Made by a program: the position numbers and the translations under genes | Shown here: positions 35,538-45,647 of the stretch, one piece after another | Layout of the letters: each line of letters begins with the position of its first letter | Numbering within the stretch: the first letter of the stretch is position 1 | From: an uncultured Candidatus Saccharibacteria bacterium | GTDB taxonomy: Bacteria; Patescibacteriota; UBA1384; JAMDBS01; DAOVQR01 | NCBI GenBank assembly: GCA_964481135.1 | Contig: CAYZSW010000005.1 | Coordinates: forward strand, 28,126-92,125 | Direction of reading: 5' to 3' | DNA length: 64,000 bases | Notes under the pieces: generated by a model | Seen by the model: only the letters and a program-made list of their open reading frames with translations | Databases searched by the model: none | Told to the model about the DNA's origin: nothing

Positions 35538-37505
35538 TTACTGATTGCTGTATTCGTAAATAACTCCGTTATTTCCCACAGCCCAACCTGATGGTGAGTT
35601 TGGAAAATAAACGCAGTTTATATCAGCAGATGTTGCAGGACTTAAGTTTTGTACTGCCCATGCAGATCCACCATTTGTAGTTTGGAAAATTTTCCCATTG
35701 CCAGCAGCAATGAATCCTGTTTGTGTATTTGTGAAATACACACCGTTAAACGGCGGAGGATTTGTAGCTACGGTTTGCTGCTGCCAAGGTGACGACAAAC
35801 TACTGGTTTTATATAAAAACCCATATCCATTATTTCCGGTACCTACTGCATACCAGGCTGATCCGGAATAACAAATCGAGTTTATTTTACCATCAGCGCA
35901 AATACTTGAATAATCCCAAGTACTTCCGCCATTGTCAGTATATCGGATATCAGGATAGTAACTGCCGCTAGAGTAAACATATCCAGCAATTACCCCATAG
36001 ACTCCATTGTAGTATACATTGCTAAATGATCCGGGATATGAATTTGAAGTAAAGATTGGAGACCAAGTTTGATTTGTATTGTTATATTGGGCTGCAACTT
36101 GGTATCCATCGGTACTCGTTCCTACAGCAGTCAAAATACCCGTATCATCCCAATAATGCGTATCTTCTATAATACTTATAGTTGCAATTGGGCTCGGAAA
36201 AGATGTAGGCATAGGAATTGGAGTGTAATTGCTTCCATCATTTGTGGTTACAATTACGCCCAAACCATTACTTTGCCCACTTACAATGTGTCCGGTACTA
36301 CCATATGGCGAAGTAGACATGGAATCATCTGGCAGAGGGGTTGCGGTATGCATAGCCCACGGAGAACTAGATGAGGGTTTGCGAACATATGTCCCTCCAT
36401 AGGCATGGTGCCCGGTTTGGCTATTATAAAAAATAGTTCTTAAATTACCACTTGTATTACTTTCCCTTGCTACCCACCGGTAGGGTGATGATGTGGGTGA
36501 AGGTCCAGGACTACTAGTTGGAATTGGCGTTGGATTGTAGTAGGTCATATCAATATCAGTAGTAGTGGTTTGACCACCTCTAATATTGACGGTTGTCGAA
36601 TAATTATGATACCCAGAACTGATTGCTCTTAGTTCATAAATTCCAGCTTGGATATCATTTATCCTATATGAACCAGTCGGATCTGAGTATGTCTGATACC
36701 AACGAGATTGATTATATAAATCAATTTGAACATTATAAATAGGCTGCCCGCCTGAATTTCTTACTGTCCCGTTCAAATTTCCAATCATGCTCGTCGGTAC
36801 GGGCTGTGGAATTTGAGATATATTAATCCTTTGAGGATTGTAATATGTAGTAGTAATTGTCCCACCAAAATTATTAGTAGGATTTTGCACAGTATATCCA
36901 TAATTACTACTCGGGCCAAGTTGTCCTGTACAATAATAGCCATGTTCATTAATTGGCACTATCGCAACAGTAAAAATCGGTGTCGGAGTTCTTAAATCTG
37001 TGTTTACAGAATCCACAGTAATTATTAACTCCCCACCTCCAACTATTTCATTTTCGATATTGGTTATTTCGCCATAGACCATAAGCCCTGGCGTGACAGT
37101 AGGTACTATGCCTTCAGTAGGATCATATATGTACAATCCTAAACCATTATTGTTTCTAGTAGTTTGCTGAAAAACAGCAATAATGGTTTTTTGGTATTTA
37201 TTGAGATACATATTAGACGCACCATCGTCATCAGTAATCGATTGATAGTATTCGTTTTGACTATCAAGTCCAACGAAATCCTTCCATAAATAGGCAATAC
37301 ATGTTGCGCCTTTAATAGGATTGCCATTTGCATCTTTAACAGTCAGCAGAACAATCTCGTGATTATCAACTGGTGTATCGCCATGAGGCGTAAACAATCC
37401 TCCACCTGAACCCGTGGAACAGCCAGTCGAAAAACAGTAAGCAACTAGCATTGCAACCAGTAGATTGATCACTAAAAACATTTTTGCCTTGCCATTTCTT
37501 TCCAT
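35538..37505 (-). CDS. Large putative lipoprotein: carboxypeptidase-regulatory-like beta-sandwich domains, Pro/Thr/Ser linker, YCF48/BNR-like beta-propeller
   Basis: Lipobox-like STGC; GTVRNSGGQPI..TYSDPTGSYRI..G.YEL; PTPIPTSSPGPSPTSSP; Asp-box-like TDNGGSTW, TTNGGSAW, GWAVGNNG; GAGGTG SD before ATG 37505. Confidence 0.75.
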   Translation of the reverse strand: MERNGKAKMFLVINLLVAMLVAYCFSTGCSTGSGGGLFTPHGDTPVDNHEIVLLTVKDANGNPIKGATCIAYLWKDFVGLDSQNEYYQSITDDDGASNMYLNKYQKTIIAVFQQTTRNNNGLGLYIYDPTEGIVPTVTPGLMVYGEITNIENEIVGGGELIITVDSVNTDLRTPTPIFTVAIVPINEHGYYCTGQLGPSSNYGYTVQNPTNNFGGTITTTYYNPQRINISQIPQPVPTSMIGNLNGTVRNSGGQPIYNVQIDLYNQSRWYQTYSDPTGSYRINDIQAGIYELRAISSGYHNYSTTVNIRGGQTTTTDIDMTYYNPTPIPTSSPGPSPTSSPYRWVARESNTSGNLRTIFYNSQTGHHAYGGTYVRKPSSSSPWAMHTATPLPDDSMSTSPYGSTGHIVSGQSNGLGVIVTTNDGSNYTPIPMPTSFPSPIATISIIEDTHYWDDTGILTAVGTSTDGYQVAAQYNNTNQTWSPIFTSNSYPGSFSNVYYNGVYGVIAGYVYSSGSYYPDIRYTDNGGSTWDYSSICADGKINSICYSGSAWYAVGTGNNGYGFLYKTSSLSSPWQQQTVATNPPPFNGVYFTNTQTGFIAAGNGKIFQTTNGGSAWAVQNLSPATSADINCVYFPNSPSGWAVGNNGVIYEYSNQ

Positions 37506-37629
37506 TTTTAGCACCTCTTATTAAAATAAAATTTCAACGAGCGTTGAGATGAAACTATTTTACACTATTTTCTTTATTAAATCAATAAAAAATTATGTAA
37601 TTTTTATAAATTTGTGTTATAATCAATTT

Positions 37630-38223
37630 ATGCAAAAAAAATCAACAATTTGGATATATATTTTAGTAGTATTTTTAATCCTTTCATTATTTTTTGGAGG
37701 TATTTATTATTATTTTCTCAGAGAAAAATTTGCAATAGAAACATTCGAAGAAATAACACGCAATGAGCAATCAGAAAAATTTTCTTCCTGTACGATATTT
37801 GATTCAAATCAAACTAAAGAGCTAACAGAAAATTGGGTTGTTTATGAAAACGAATATGTTAGTTTTATGCATCCTGACCAATGGACAATCACAACCAACA
37901 CCTCAGATCTAATAATATTTCAAGACTCATCTCAGTCAGATAAAAAAAATGAAACTGAATTCGCGGTCAGAATTAACGAGATGTCAAATTTAGGTTTGGA
38001 GGAATTTGACTTAGTAGAAAATAAAAAAAATCAGGTTGGCTGTGCATTGTCTGATCAAACAATTTTAAAATCAGCAAATTCTGATATTTTAATAGCCAAT
38101 TCCTTTTATGAAAAAGGTAATAAATACTTATTAACTTTTTATTACAGAGATATAAATCAAAAACATTCACAAGATTTGCAGGAAATTCACGATTTAATTA
38201 TTAAGACATTTGAATTTAAGTAA
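37630..38223 (+). CDS. Membrane-anchored hypothetical protein (PsbP-like motif)
   Basis: N-terminal TM; W.VYEN..VSFMHPDQW. Confidence 0.6.
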   Translation: MQKKSTIWIYILVVFLILSLFFGGIYYYFLREKFAIETFEEITRNEQSEKFSSCTIFDSNQTKELTENWVVYENEYVSFMHPDQWTITTNTSDLIIFQDSSQSDKKNETEFAVRINEMSNLGLEEFDLVENKKNQVGCALSDQTILKSANSDILIANSFYEKGNKYLLTFYYRDINQKHSQDLQEIHDLIIKTFEFK

Positions 38224-38275
38224 CTATATTATAAAAATTGATTTTGCACATTATACCTAAATTTGATATCATTAA

Positions 38276-38358
38276 TATGAATTTCCTTGTGGCTTAAGAC
38301 CACAGGGTTTTCCCCGGCCTCGCTGCGCGAAGCGGGGCGGGCTGGCGAATTGTGATAA
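38276..38358. repeat. 83-bp GC-rich double-hairpin element, copy 2 (inverted relative to 929-1011)
   Basis: tatgaatttccttgtggcttaagaccacagggttttccccggcctcgctgcgcgaagcggggcgggctggcgaattgtgataa. Confidence 0.9.
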
Positions 38359-38434
38359 ATCTCTGGCAATACATGAGATGTTAATTGAATATATTCGATT
38401 TATTAATGAATAAAAAATAATTATCAAGGCAAAA

Positions 38435-38785
38435 ATGACTGAAAGAATGAATAAAGTAAACGAACTATTGACACAGGAATTATCTAAAATATTTTTAAAA
38501 GAATACCAAGAAGATTTTGGTTTTATAAGCTTAACATATGTATTATGCGCCCCTGATCTAAAAACTGCCGAAGTTGGTATAAGTTTATTTAATAAATCAA
38601 ATCAAGAAATGCTAGTGAAAAAACTTAATATAGATTCAGAAAAAATTAGAAGAATGCTGGGTCAAAGTATTGTTCTTAAAAATATGCCGAAAATAAATTT
38701 TAAACAGGATAATGGAGTAGAAAAAGTTATTCAAATTGAATCGATATTAAACAAAATTTCAAAAGAAAATAAAAATGAAAATTAA
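38435..38785 (+). CDS. rbfA: Ribosome-binding factor A
   Basis: RMNKVNELL..ELS, V..APDLKTA, LKNMPKINFKQD. Confidence 0.88.
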   Translation: MTERMNKVNELLTQELSKIFLKEYQEDFGFISLTYVLCAPDLKTAEVGISLFNKSNQEMLVKKLNIDSEKIRRMLGQSIVLKNMPKINFKQDNGVEKVIQIESILNKISKENKNEN

Positions 38786-39149
38786 GCTATATTTATTCAC
38801 AATTTTTATTATTACACTCATTGCTTTAGGAACATGGTTTTTAATATTATTTAATATTAACCCATACCAAACAGATATAATAAGTAGAGCTTCATTTTTT
38901 GTAAGTTTATTAATTTGGATTACAGGAATTCTATCATTAATATTATTTTACCTTAGAATAAAACTTTCTAACAAAGAAATTATTTTTGCATTTTTACCAC
39001 TTTCTGTAAGACAGTCATTTTTATTTTCACTGTCATTAGTACTAATATTAATCTTATCTTCTTTAAATGTTTTGACATGGTGGAGTGCTGTTTTAGCTGT
39101 AGCATCAATTTTAATCTTAGATTTATTTTTTAAAACAAGGAAAGCATGA
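38775..39149 (+). CDS. Hypothetical 4-TM membrane protein
   Basis: Hydrophobic; overlaps both neighbours; SVRQS motif. Confidence 0.75.
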   Translation: MKIKLYLFTIFIITLIALGTWFLILFNINPYQTDIISRASFFVSLLIWITGILSLILFYLRIKLSNKEIIFAFLPLSVRQSFLFSLSLVLILILSSLNVLTWWSAVLAVASILILDLFFKTRKA

Positions 39150-39847
39150 AAACAAAAGGAAACTTACATCCTATTACACAATTCAACCGTGAAGCATTAA
39201 AATACTTTATTAACCGTGGTTTTAAAATTTTAGAAGGCAATGAAATTGAATCTGAATGGTATAATTTTGATGCACTTAATGTGCCGACAGATCATCCCTC
39301 AAGAGATTTACAAGATACTTTCTGGGTGAAATCTAAAAAAACTCCAGAAGCACTAAGAGTTCACACTACAGCATCAGAATCGCGTATTATATTTGAAAGA
39401 AAAATTAAACCGCCATTTAAGATTATTGTTCCAGGTAGAACATTTCGCAACGAAAGAACTGATGCTACTCACGAACACACATTTAATCAAATTGATGGAA
39501 TTGTCGTAGATAAAAATATTAATATGGGGCACTTAATTGGGACGCTTGAAGATTGGATGAAGACAGTTTTTGGTAAAGATATTAAAATTAGAACAAGACC
39601 ACATTTGTTTCCTTTTGTAGAACCAGGACTTGAAATGGATGTTATGCTTTCTGATGGAAAGTGGCGTGAAATGCTTGGTGCTGGTATGGCTCATCCAGTG
39701 GTACTTAAAAATATGGGCATAGATCCAGAAAAATGGCAAGCAATTATGTGGGGAGCGGGAATTGACAGATATGCAATGATCAAATACAAAATTAGAGACA
39801 TTAGAAAATTTCACTCACAGGATCTAAGATTTATTAAACAATTTTAA
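39146..39847 (+). CDS. pheS: Phenylalanyl-tRNA synthetase alpha subunit (short form)
   Basis: NFDALNVP.DHPSRDLQDTF, DATH..FNQ, FPFVEP, GAGM, G.GIDR. Confidence 0.96.
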   Translation: MKTKGNLHPITQFNREALKYFINRGFKILEGNEIESEWYNFDALNVPTDHPSRDLQDTFWVKSKKTPEALRVHTTASESRIIFERKIKPPFKIIVPGRTFRNERTDATHEHTFNQIDGIVVDKNINMGHLIGTLEDWMKTVFGKDIKIRTRPHLFPFVEPGLEMDVMLSDGKWREMLGAGMAHPVVLKNMGIDPEKWQAIMWGAGIDRYAMIKYKIRDIRKFHSQDLRFIKQF

Positions 39848-39861
39848 AATTTAAATTTATT

Positions 39862-41748
39862 ATGAAAATATTATATAACTGGATAAAAGAATTTGTTCCA
39901 TTAAATGTAAAGCCAAATAAACTGTCGCATGATTTAAGTTTGTTTGGACACGAAGTTGAAAAAATCGAAAAATACAAAAAAGATTTTGTACTTGATTTTG
40001 AAATTACACCAAACAGAGGCGATCTCTTATCACACATCGGAATGTCTAGAGAAATTGCATCTCTTTACAATTTAAAAATGAAAATACTAAGCATTAAAAT
40101 AAATGAAAATAAATTAAGTAAAAAAATAAACATAAACATTTTAAATTATGATGTTTGCCAAAGATTTACCGCTCGTGTAATTGATAATATTCAAGTGAAA
40201 GAATCACCCCAATGGATTAAAGACAGATTAATTGCGTATGGTTTTCGCCCAATCAATAATATTGTTGATATTACAAATTATGTAATGATAGAAACAGGTC
40301 AACCACTTCACGCTTTCGACTACAATAAAATTTCAAACGGAATAATAAAAATCCGTAATGCTAAGCACAATGAAAGCATTGTTACTTTAGACGGTAAAAA
40401 TAGAATTTTGAACGAAGATTCTATTGTAATAGAAGATCGTAAAAAAATTTACGATTTGGCTGGAATTATGGGTGGTTATAATTCTGAGATTGATACAAAA
40501 ACCAAAACAATTGTTCTGCAAGGTGCAATTTTTAACCCAAAGCACATACGAAGGACATCAAAAAAATTAAAACTCATAACAGATGCTTCGTACCGTTATG
40601 AGCGCGGAGTAGATTTTAATGGAACACAATTTGGAGTTGATAGAGCTACTTTTATTATTCAATCAATATGTAAAAAAAGTATTATTAGTAAGATATATGA
40701 TGTAAAAAGCAATTACAAAGAATCTAAAATCAAAGTTGATTTTAATAAAATTAATAATTTAATTGGTACAAATTTAAAAGAAACAGAGATTAAAAAAATA
40801 CTTACAAGTTTAAATTTTAAAGTAAATTCAAATATAATTACAGTTCCAAGTTATAGGATAAATGATGTTAAAATATGGCAGGATATTGCAGAAGAGGTAG
40901 CTAGAAAATTCGGATATAATAATATTCGAAAACTTTATTTAAAAAAAGAAAAACCACTTCAAAATAATGATTTTTCTCAAAAAGAAAATTTGCGAGATTT
41001 ATTATTTCAACATGGATTTTCTGAAGTATATTCGTATACCTTTTGTGATGAAAAGCTAATTAAATTATTAAAATTTAATCTTAATAATTGCAGATATGTA
41101 ATAAATTCAATTTCTCCGGAAAATAAATACTTAAGACCAAGTTTGACCATCTCACTTTTAAGCGCAGTCGCAAAAAATCCATGGGCTCCTGAAATAAATA
41201 TTTTTGAGATCGGAAAAATTTTTTATAATAATAAAGAAAAATGGCAATTAGGAATTGTTACAACCAATAAAAAAGCTGAAAATATTAAAGAAATATTATT
41301 AAAACTTAACATAAAAAATGAAATTATGCCAGTTCCGCAAAATACATTAGATTACCTAAAAATTCGAAAACAAATAAAATATGCTGTCGTGGATTTAATA
41401 GAAATTAAAAAATTAAGTAATCATTATTTAGATCATTTTCCCAATATTGAGTACAATCTAATTTCTGATTATCCACCTACAATAAGAGATTTGGCTTTTA
41501 TAGTTGATAAAAAAATTGATTCAAATTTATTAATCAACGATATTAAATCATTAAATAAAAAAATTTTCTTAGTTGAATTATTTGATGAGTTTATATCGGA
41601 TAAGTTTGGAAAAAATAAAAAAAATTTAGCATTTCATATATGGATGCAAAATATCTCAAGTCCAATGAAAGACAAAGAAATTAAAACAATAATTAATAAA
41701 ATAATTTGCTTTATTGAGCAAAAATATCAAGCAAAACTAAGAGGTTAA
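39862..41748 (+). CDS. pheT: Phenylalanyl-tRNA synthetase beta subunit (no OB/B2 domain)
   Basis: EITPNRGD, INNIVDITNYV, GQPLHAFD, RYERGVD, EEVAR, FDX-ACB RDLAF. Confidence 0.96.
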   Translation: MKILYNWIKEFVPLNVKPNKLSHDLSLFGHEVEKIEKYKKDFVLDFEITPNRGDLLSHIGMSREIASLYNLKMKILSIKINENKLSKKININILNYDVCQRFTARVIDNIQVKESPQWIKDRLIAYGFRPINNIVDITNYVMIETGQPLHAFDYNKISNGIIKIRNAKHNESIVTLDGKNRILNEDSIVIEDRKKIYDLAGIMGGYNSEIDTKTKTIVLQGAIFNPKHIRRTSKKLKLITDASYRYERGVDFNGTQFGVDRATFIIQSICKKSIISKIYDVKSNYKESKIKVDFNKINNLIGTNLKETEIKKILTSLNFKVNSNIITVPSYRINDVKIWQDIAEEVARKFGYNNIRKLYLKKEKPLQNNDFSQKENLRDLLFQHGFSEVYSYTFCDEKLIKLLKFNLNNCRYVINSISPENKYLRPSLTISLLSAVAKNPWAPEINIFEIGKIFYNNKEKWQLGIVTTNKKAENIKEILLKLNIKNEIMPVPQNTLDYLKIRKQIKYAVVDLIEIKKLSNHYLDHFPNIEYNLISDYPPTIRDLAFIVDKKIDSNLLINDIKSLNKKIFLVELFDEFISDKFGKNKKNLAFHIWMQNISSPMKDKEIKTIINKIICFIEQKYQAKLRG

Positions 41749-41752
41749 AAAT

Positions 41753-43204
41753 ATGAAAAATAGAATTTTATCAGATAAAATCAACTCAATGGTTGGAAAA
41801 AAAATTAAAATGGCAGGATGGGTCCATTCCAGAAGAGATCATGGAAAACTAATTTTTATAGATCTCAAAGATGATAAAGGAATAACACAATTAGTTTTTT
41901 TACCAAACAATAAAAATGCATACCAAAACGCAAAAGTACTAAAAACCAATTATGTTATCGAGGTTGGTGGTAATGTTAATAATAGACCCCCTAAATTAAT
42001 TAATAAAGACATAATCAGTGGTAGTGTAGAGTTAGAGGTTAACGAGTTAGAAATTCTAAACAAGTCACAAAATCCTCCTTTTGAAATTGATAAAAACACT
42101 GTACTTGTTGATGAAGAGTTAAGGTTAAAATATCGATATTTAGATCTTAAATCTAAACGAATGCGTACAAATATTCACAATAGATACAAAATCCTATATT
42201 TTTTAAGAAATTTTTTAAATGAACAAAATTTTATTGAAATACAAACTCCGATTTTATCTAAATCAACGCCAGAAGGTGCTAGAGATTATTTAGTACCTTC
42301 TAGATTGCATCCGGGTAAGTTTTTTGCCTTGCCTCAATCTCCCCAACAATATAAACAACTTATAATGATTTCCGGATTTGAAAAATATTTTCAAGTTGCA
42401 CCTTGTTTTCGCGACGAAGATGCAAGAGCTGACAGAAGTCCAGGAGAATTTTATCAACTAGATATGGAAATGTCCTTTATGTCACAAGAAGAAATATTAG
42501 ATTTAGTTGAAAAAATGTTTACTCAATTAATTAAGAAAATATTTCCTAACAAAGTTATTACAAAATCACCTTGGCCAAGACTAACGCACGATGAAGTAAT
42601 GAAAAAATACAAATCAGATAAGCCAGATTTACGAAAAAATAAAAATAATCCTGATGAATTAGCTTTCACCTGGATATTAGATTTTCCTTTGTTTAATAAA
42701 CAAACTAAAGAAGATTTTTTTCATGGATCTGGCTCTAATCTTGCACCTTCGCATCACATGTTTACAGCACCTAAAAAAGAAGATATTAAACTACTTGAAA
42801 AAGATCCATTAAAAGTTAAGTCTTATCAACATGACCTAGTATTAAATGGATTAGAGCTCGGTGGTGGTAGCATTAGAATTCATGAGTGGGAAATACAGGA
42901 AAAAATTTTTGATCTTTTGGGTTTTACTAAGCAACAAAAAGAACAATTTAATCACCTAAAAACAGCTTTTTCTTATGGAGTACCTCCGCATGGAGGAATA
43001 GCACCAGGTATTGATAGATTAGTTAGTATCCTCTGTAATGAAAATAATATTAAAGAAGTTATTGCATTTCCACTTACAGGAGAGGCGAGAGATCCGTTAA
43101 TGGATTCACCGACCGAAGTCACCAAAAAGCAGCTTAAAGATGTTCATATTAAAACTGATTTTGAGCAAAAACCAAATCAAAACAAACATTATAAAAAACT
43201 ATGA
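41753..43204 (+). CDS. aspS: Aspartyl-tRNA synthetase (bacterial type lacking GAD insert)
   Basis: RRDHG, PEGARDY, ALPQSPQQYKQ, CFRDED.RADR, PPHGGIAPGIDR. Confidence 0.97.
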   Translation: MKNRILSDKINSMVGKKIKMAGWVHSRRDHGKLIFIDLKDDKGITQLVFLPNNKNAYQNAKVLKTNYVIEVGGNVNNRPPKLINKDIISGSVELEVNELEILNKSQNPPFEIDKNTVLVDEELRLKYRYLDLKSKRMRTNIHNRYKILYFLRNFLNEQNFIEIQTPILSKSTPEGARDYLVPSRLHPGKFFALPQSPQQYKQLIMISGFEKYFQVAPCFRDEDARADRSPGEFYQLDMEMSFMSQEEILDLVEKMFTQLIKKIFPNKVITKSPWPRLTHDEVMKKYKSDKPDLRKNKNNPDELAFTWILDFPLFNKQTKEDFFHGSGSNLAPSHHMFTAPKKEDIKLLEKDPLKVKSYQHDLVLNGLELGGGSIRIHEWEIQEKIFDLLGFTKQQKEQFNHLKTAFSYGVPPHGGIAPGIDRLVSILCNENNIKEVIAFPLTGEARDPLMDSPTEVTKKQLKDVHIKTDFEQKPNQNKHYKKL

Positions 43205-44169
43205 ATAAACAAAAAAAATATATTATTCTAATAATTATTCTACTTGTATTAGTAGCAATAGTTCAATATAAAATTCTAAAAATAGCACCCGGTAATGCTA
43301 ATAATATTAAAACTGACTTTAAAAATAATGAAGAAATTTTGGATTATAATATTGATGACATTAAAATTAGTGATATAAATTTACCTCCACAAAAAAAAGA
43401 AACATATACTGAACCAAAGATTTTTGCAAAAAATTACATTTTAGTAGATGCAAATTCTTTTTACACGCTTACCGAAAAAGACTCAAATGCGTATGTACCA
43501 ATAGCTAGCACAACAAAAATAATGACAGCAATTATAGTATTAGAGAACTATAATTTGAATGAAGTAATAACTGTATCCGAAAAAGCATGTAATCAAATTG
43601 GTTCAAGTATATTTCTTAGAAAAAACGAAACAATTAGTATTGAAAATTTACTTTTTGGTCTTTTGATTTCTTCTGGCAATGACAGCGCAATGGCACTCGC
43701 TGAAAATATCGGCTTACCTGAATTTGTAGATAAAATGAATGAAAAAGCTAAAAGTTTAAATCTTGATAATACAGTTTTTAAAGACCCTGCCGGACTAGAT
43801 GACAATGGTAAATCATCAGCAAAAGATTTGGCAATACTTACGGCATATGCTTTAAAAAATGATGATTTTAGAAGGATAATAAAAATATCAGATTTAACTA
43901 TTTACTCAGAAGATAAAAAAATCACTCATACGCTAAAAGGATCAAACAGATTAGTAACAATTAATGAACCGTTGTTTTATAAATACGCCTTGGGTGTTAA
44001 AACAGGGTTCACCCCTGAAGCGGGTCACTGTCTAGTCGCAGCAGCAGAAAAAGAAGATAATATGCTAATTTCGGTCGTACTTAATACCTCTTATTCTTCA
44101 AAAGATGCTAGTGCTAGAGAATCAAAAAAATTATTAGAATGGGGTTTTGAAAATTATAATTTTCAATAG
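43201..44169 (+). CDS. D-alanyl-D-alanine carboxypeptidase (peptidase S11)
   Basis: ASTTK (SxxK), SGN, KTG triad; N-terminal TM. Confidence 0.94.
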   Translation: MNKQKKYIILIIILLVLVAIVQYKILKIAPGNANNIKTDFKNNEEILDYNIDDIKISDINLPPQKKETYTEPKIFAKNYILVDANSFYTLTEKDSNAYVPIASTTKIMTAIIVLENYNLNEVITVSEKACNQIGSSIFLRKNETISIENLLFGLLISSGNDSAMALAENIGLPEFVDKMNEKAKSLNLDNTVFKDPAGLDDNGKSSAKDLAILTAYALKNDDFRRIIKISDLTIYSEDKKITHTLKGSNRLVTINEPLFYKYALGVKTGFTPEAGHCLVAAAEKEDNMLISVVLNTSYSSKDASARESKKLLEWGFENYNFQ

Positions 44170-44198
44170 TTGACAAAAATTATTACTCTAGATATTAT
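44170..44198 (+). promoter_or_regulatory. Sigma70 promoter of the PaaX-like gene
   Basis: TTGACA-17 nt-TATTAT. Confidence 0.7.
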
Positions 44199-44233
44199 TA
44201 AATTGTCGTTCGTATTTAATCAAAAGGAGTATT

Positions 44234-44959
44234 ATGTCAATTATTGATGATATGTTGATTTTAGTAGAAGATCAAAATGAAATTTCGCTTCAAAACGCTT
44301 TTAAAAAAATGAGTAAATTTAAAAAGCAAACTATTTCCTCGAGCTTAGGTAGATTATCAGCAAAAGGACTAATAGATAAATACTCTAGGAATCAAGAAAA
44401 ATTTTATAAAATTAATCGATCAGGAACTAAGCTGATCGATAAAGAATTAGAATATATTAATTACATTGACCCAAAAAATATTCCTAACGAATGGAATATG
44501 GTGATATTCAACATACCCGAAAAACTAAGGAAGCACAGGGATGAATTAAGAAGACAATTAGTAAATCATGGATTTGGTAGATTACATGACAGTTTGTGGT
44601 TTTCAAAATGTAATCTTAATAACCAAATAAAAGAAATTGCTTTAACAATGCAAATTGAAAAAAATTTATTATTTATCAAAACTACTATTTTAGATCAAAA
44701 GGAAGAAAAACAAATAATCGCAAAGTTATATTGGGATTGGCAAAAAATTGAAAAAAGTTATAATCAGTTTTGTAGCGTCTGTAAAAATTTTTTACAAAAA
44801 ACTAACAAAGATAAATTTCAAGCAAAGCAATTAGTTTATCAATTATCTAAAATAATTAAAGCAGATCCAAAAATTAATGAAATTTATTATCCAGAGGGTA
44901 TTAAAAAAGAACAAGCGATATCATACTATAAAAAAATTAGACCTTATTGCTATAATTGA
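44234..44959 (+). CDS. PaaX-like transcriptional regulator (wHTH plus Cas2-like ferredoxin domain)
   Basis: SLGRLSAKGLI wHTH; WNMVIFNIPEKLRKHRDELR..L..GFGRLHDSLW; DP near C-terminus. Confidence 0.82.
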   Translation: MSIIDDMLILVEDQNEISLQNAFKKMSKFKKQTISSSLGRLSAKGLIDKYSRNQEKFYKINRSGTKLIDKELEYINYIDPKNIPNEWNMVIFNIPEKLRKHRDELRRQLVNHGFGRLHDSLWFSKCNLNNQIKEIALTMQIEKNLLFIKTTILDQKEEKQIIAKLYWDWQKIEKSYNQFCSVCKNFLQKTNKDKFQAKQLVYQLSKIIKADPKINEIYYPEGIKKEQAISYYKKIRPYCYN

Positions 44960-45642
44960 TCAATTTTTTCAATAGCAGATTTTGCAGCTGCTTGTTCTGC
45001 TTCCTGTTTTGAGGATCCACGACCGACACCTAATTGCTTTTCTCCAATCAAAACTCCGATTTCAAAAACTTTATTATGATCTGGGCCAGATTCTTCTATT
45101 AATATATAAGAAGGTGTAATAGAAAATTTCTCTTGAGATAATTCTTGTAAATTACTTTTTGCATCTAAATATGTTTTGTTTTTAATAATATCGGGCAATT
45201 TAATTATTAGATGTTTAAAAACAAATTTTTTTGCCTCATCATAACCTCTATCGAGATAAATTCCACCAATAAGGGCTTCAAAAGCATTTGCCAAAATGAT
45301 TTGCCTGGCCTTACCAGTGCTTTTTTGTTCGCCATGGGAAAGATATAGATAATCATCTATTTCAATCTCTGAAGCTAAATTTGAAAGCATTTGACCTTTT
45401 ACAAGTGCGCTTCTCCAATTAGTTAATTCTCCTTCAGGGTTATTAAAATTTCTATACAAATAGTCAGTAACAATTAATTCCAGTACCGCATCACCTAAAA
45501 ATTCTAATCTTTCATTATGATCAATTTTAATATCCGTATGCTCATTCAGGTAGGATCTATGAATAAATATCGATTTTAGAATGTCTTTATTTTTAAAATA
45601 TAATTTATTTTTTTGCTCAAATTTTGATAAATCTTTTTTCAT
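44950..45642 (-). CDS. rnc: Ribonuclease III
   Basis: HNERLEFLGDAVL, EALIGGIYLD, dsRBD GPDHNK..SKQEAEQ. Confidence 0.98.
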   Translation of the reverse strand: MKKDLSKFEQKNKLYFKNKDILKSIFIHRSYLNEHTDIKIDHNERLEFLGDAVLELIVTDYLYRNFNNPEGELTNWRSALVKGQMLSNLASEIEIDDYLYLSHGEQKSTGKARQIILANAFEALIGGIYLDRGYDEAKKFVFKHLIIKLPDIIKNKTYLDAKSNLQELSQEKFSITPSYILIEESGPDHNKVFEIGVLIGEKQLGVGRGSSKQEAEQAAAKSAIEKIDQL

Positions 45643-45647
45643 TGTAT

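Noticed and set aside
44234-44959. Cas2-like segment as evidence of CRISPR-Cas
   Set aside because: It is the central domain of a PaaX-like regulator with an N-terminal wHTH; no cas1 or array is nearby.
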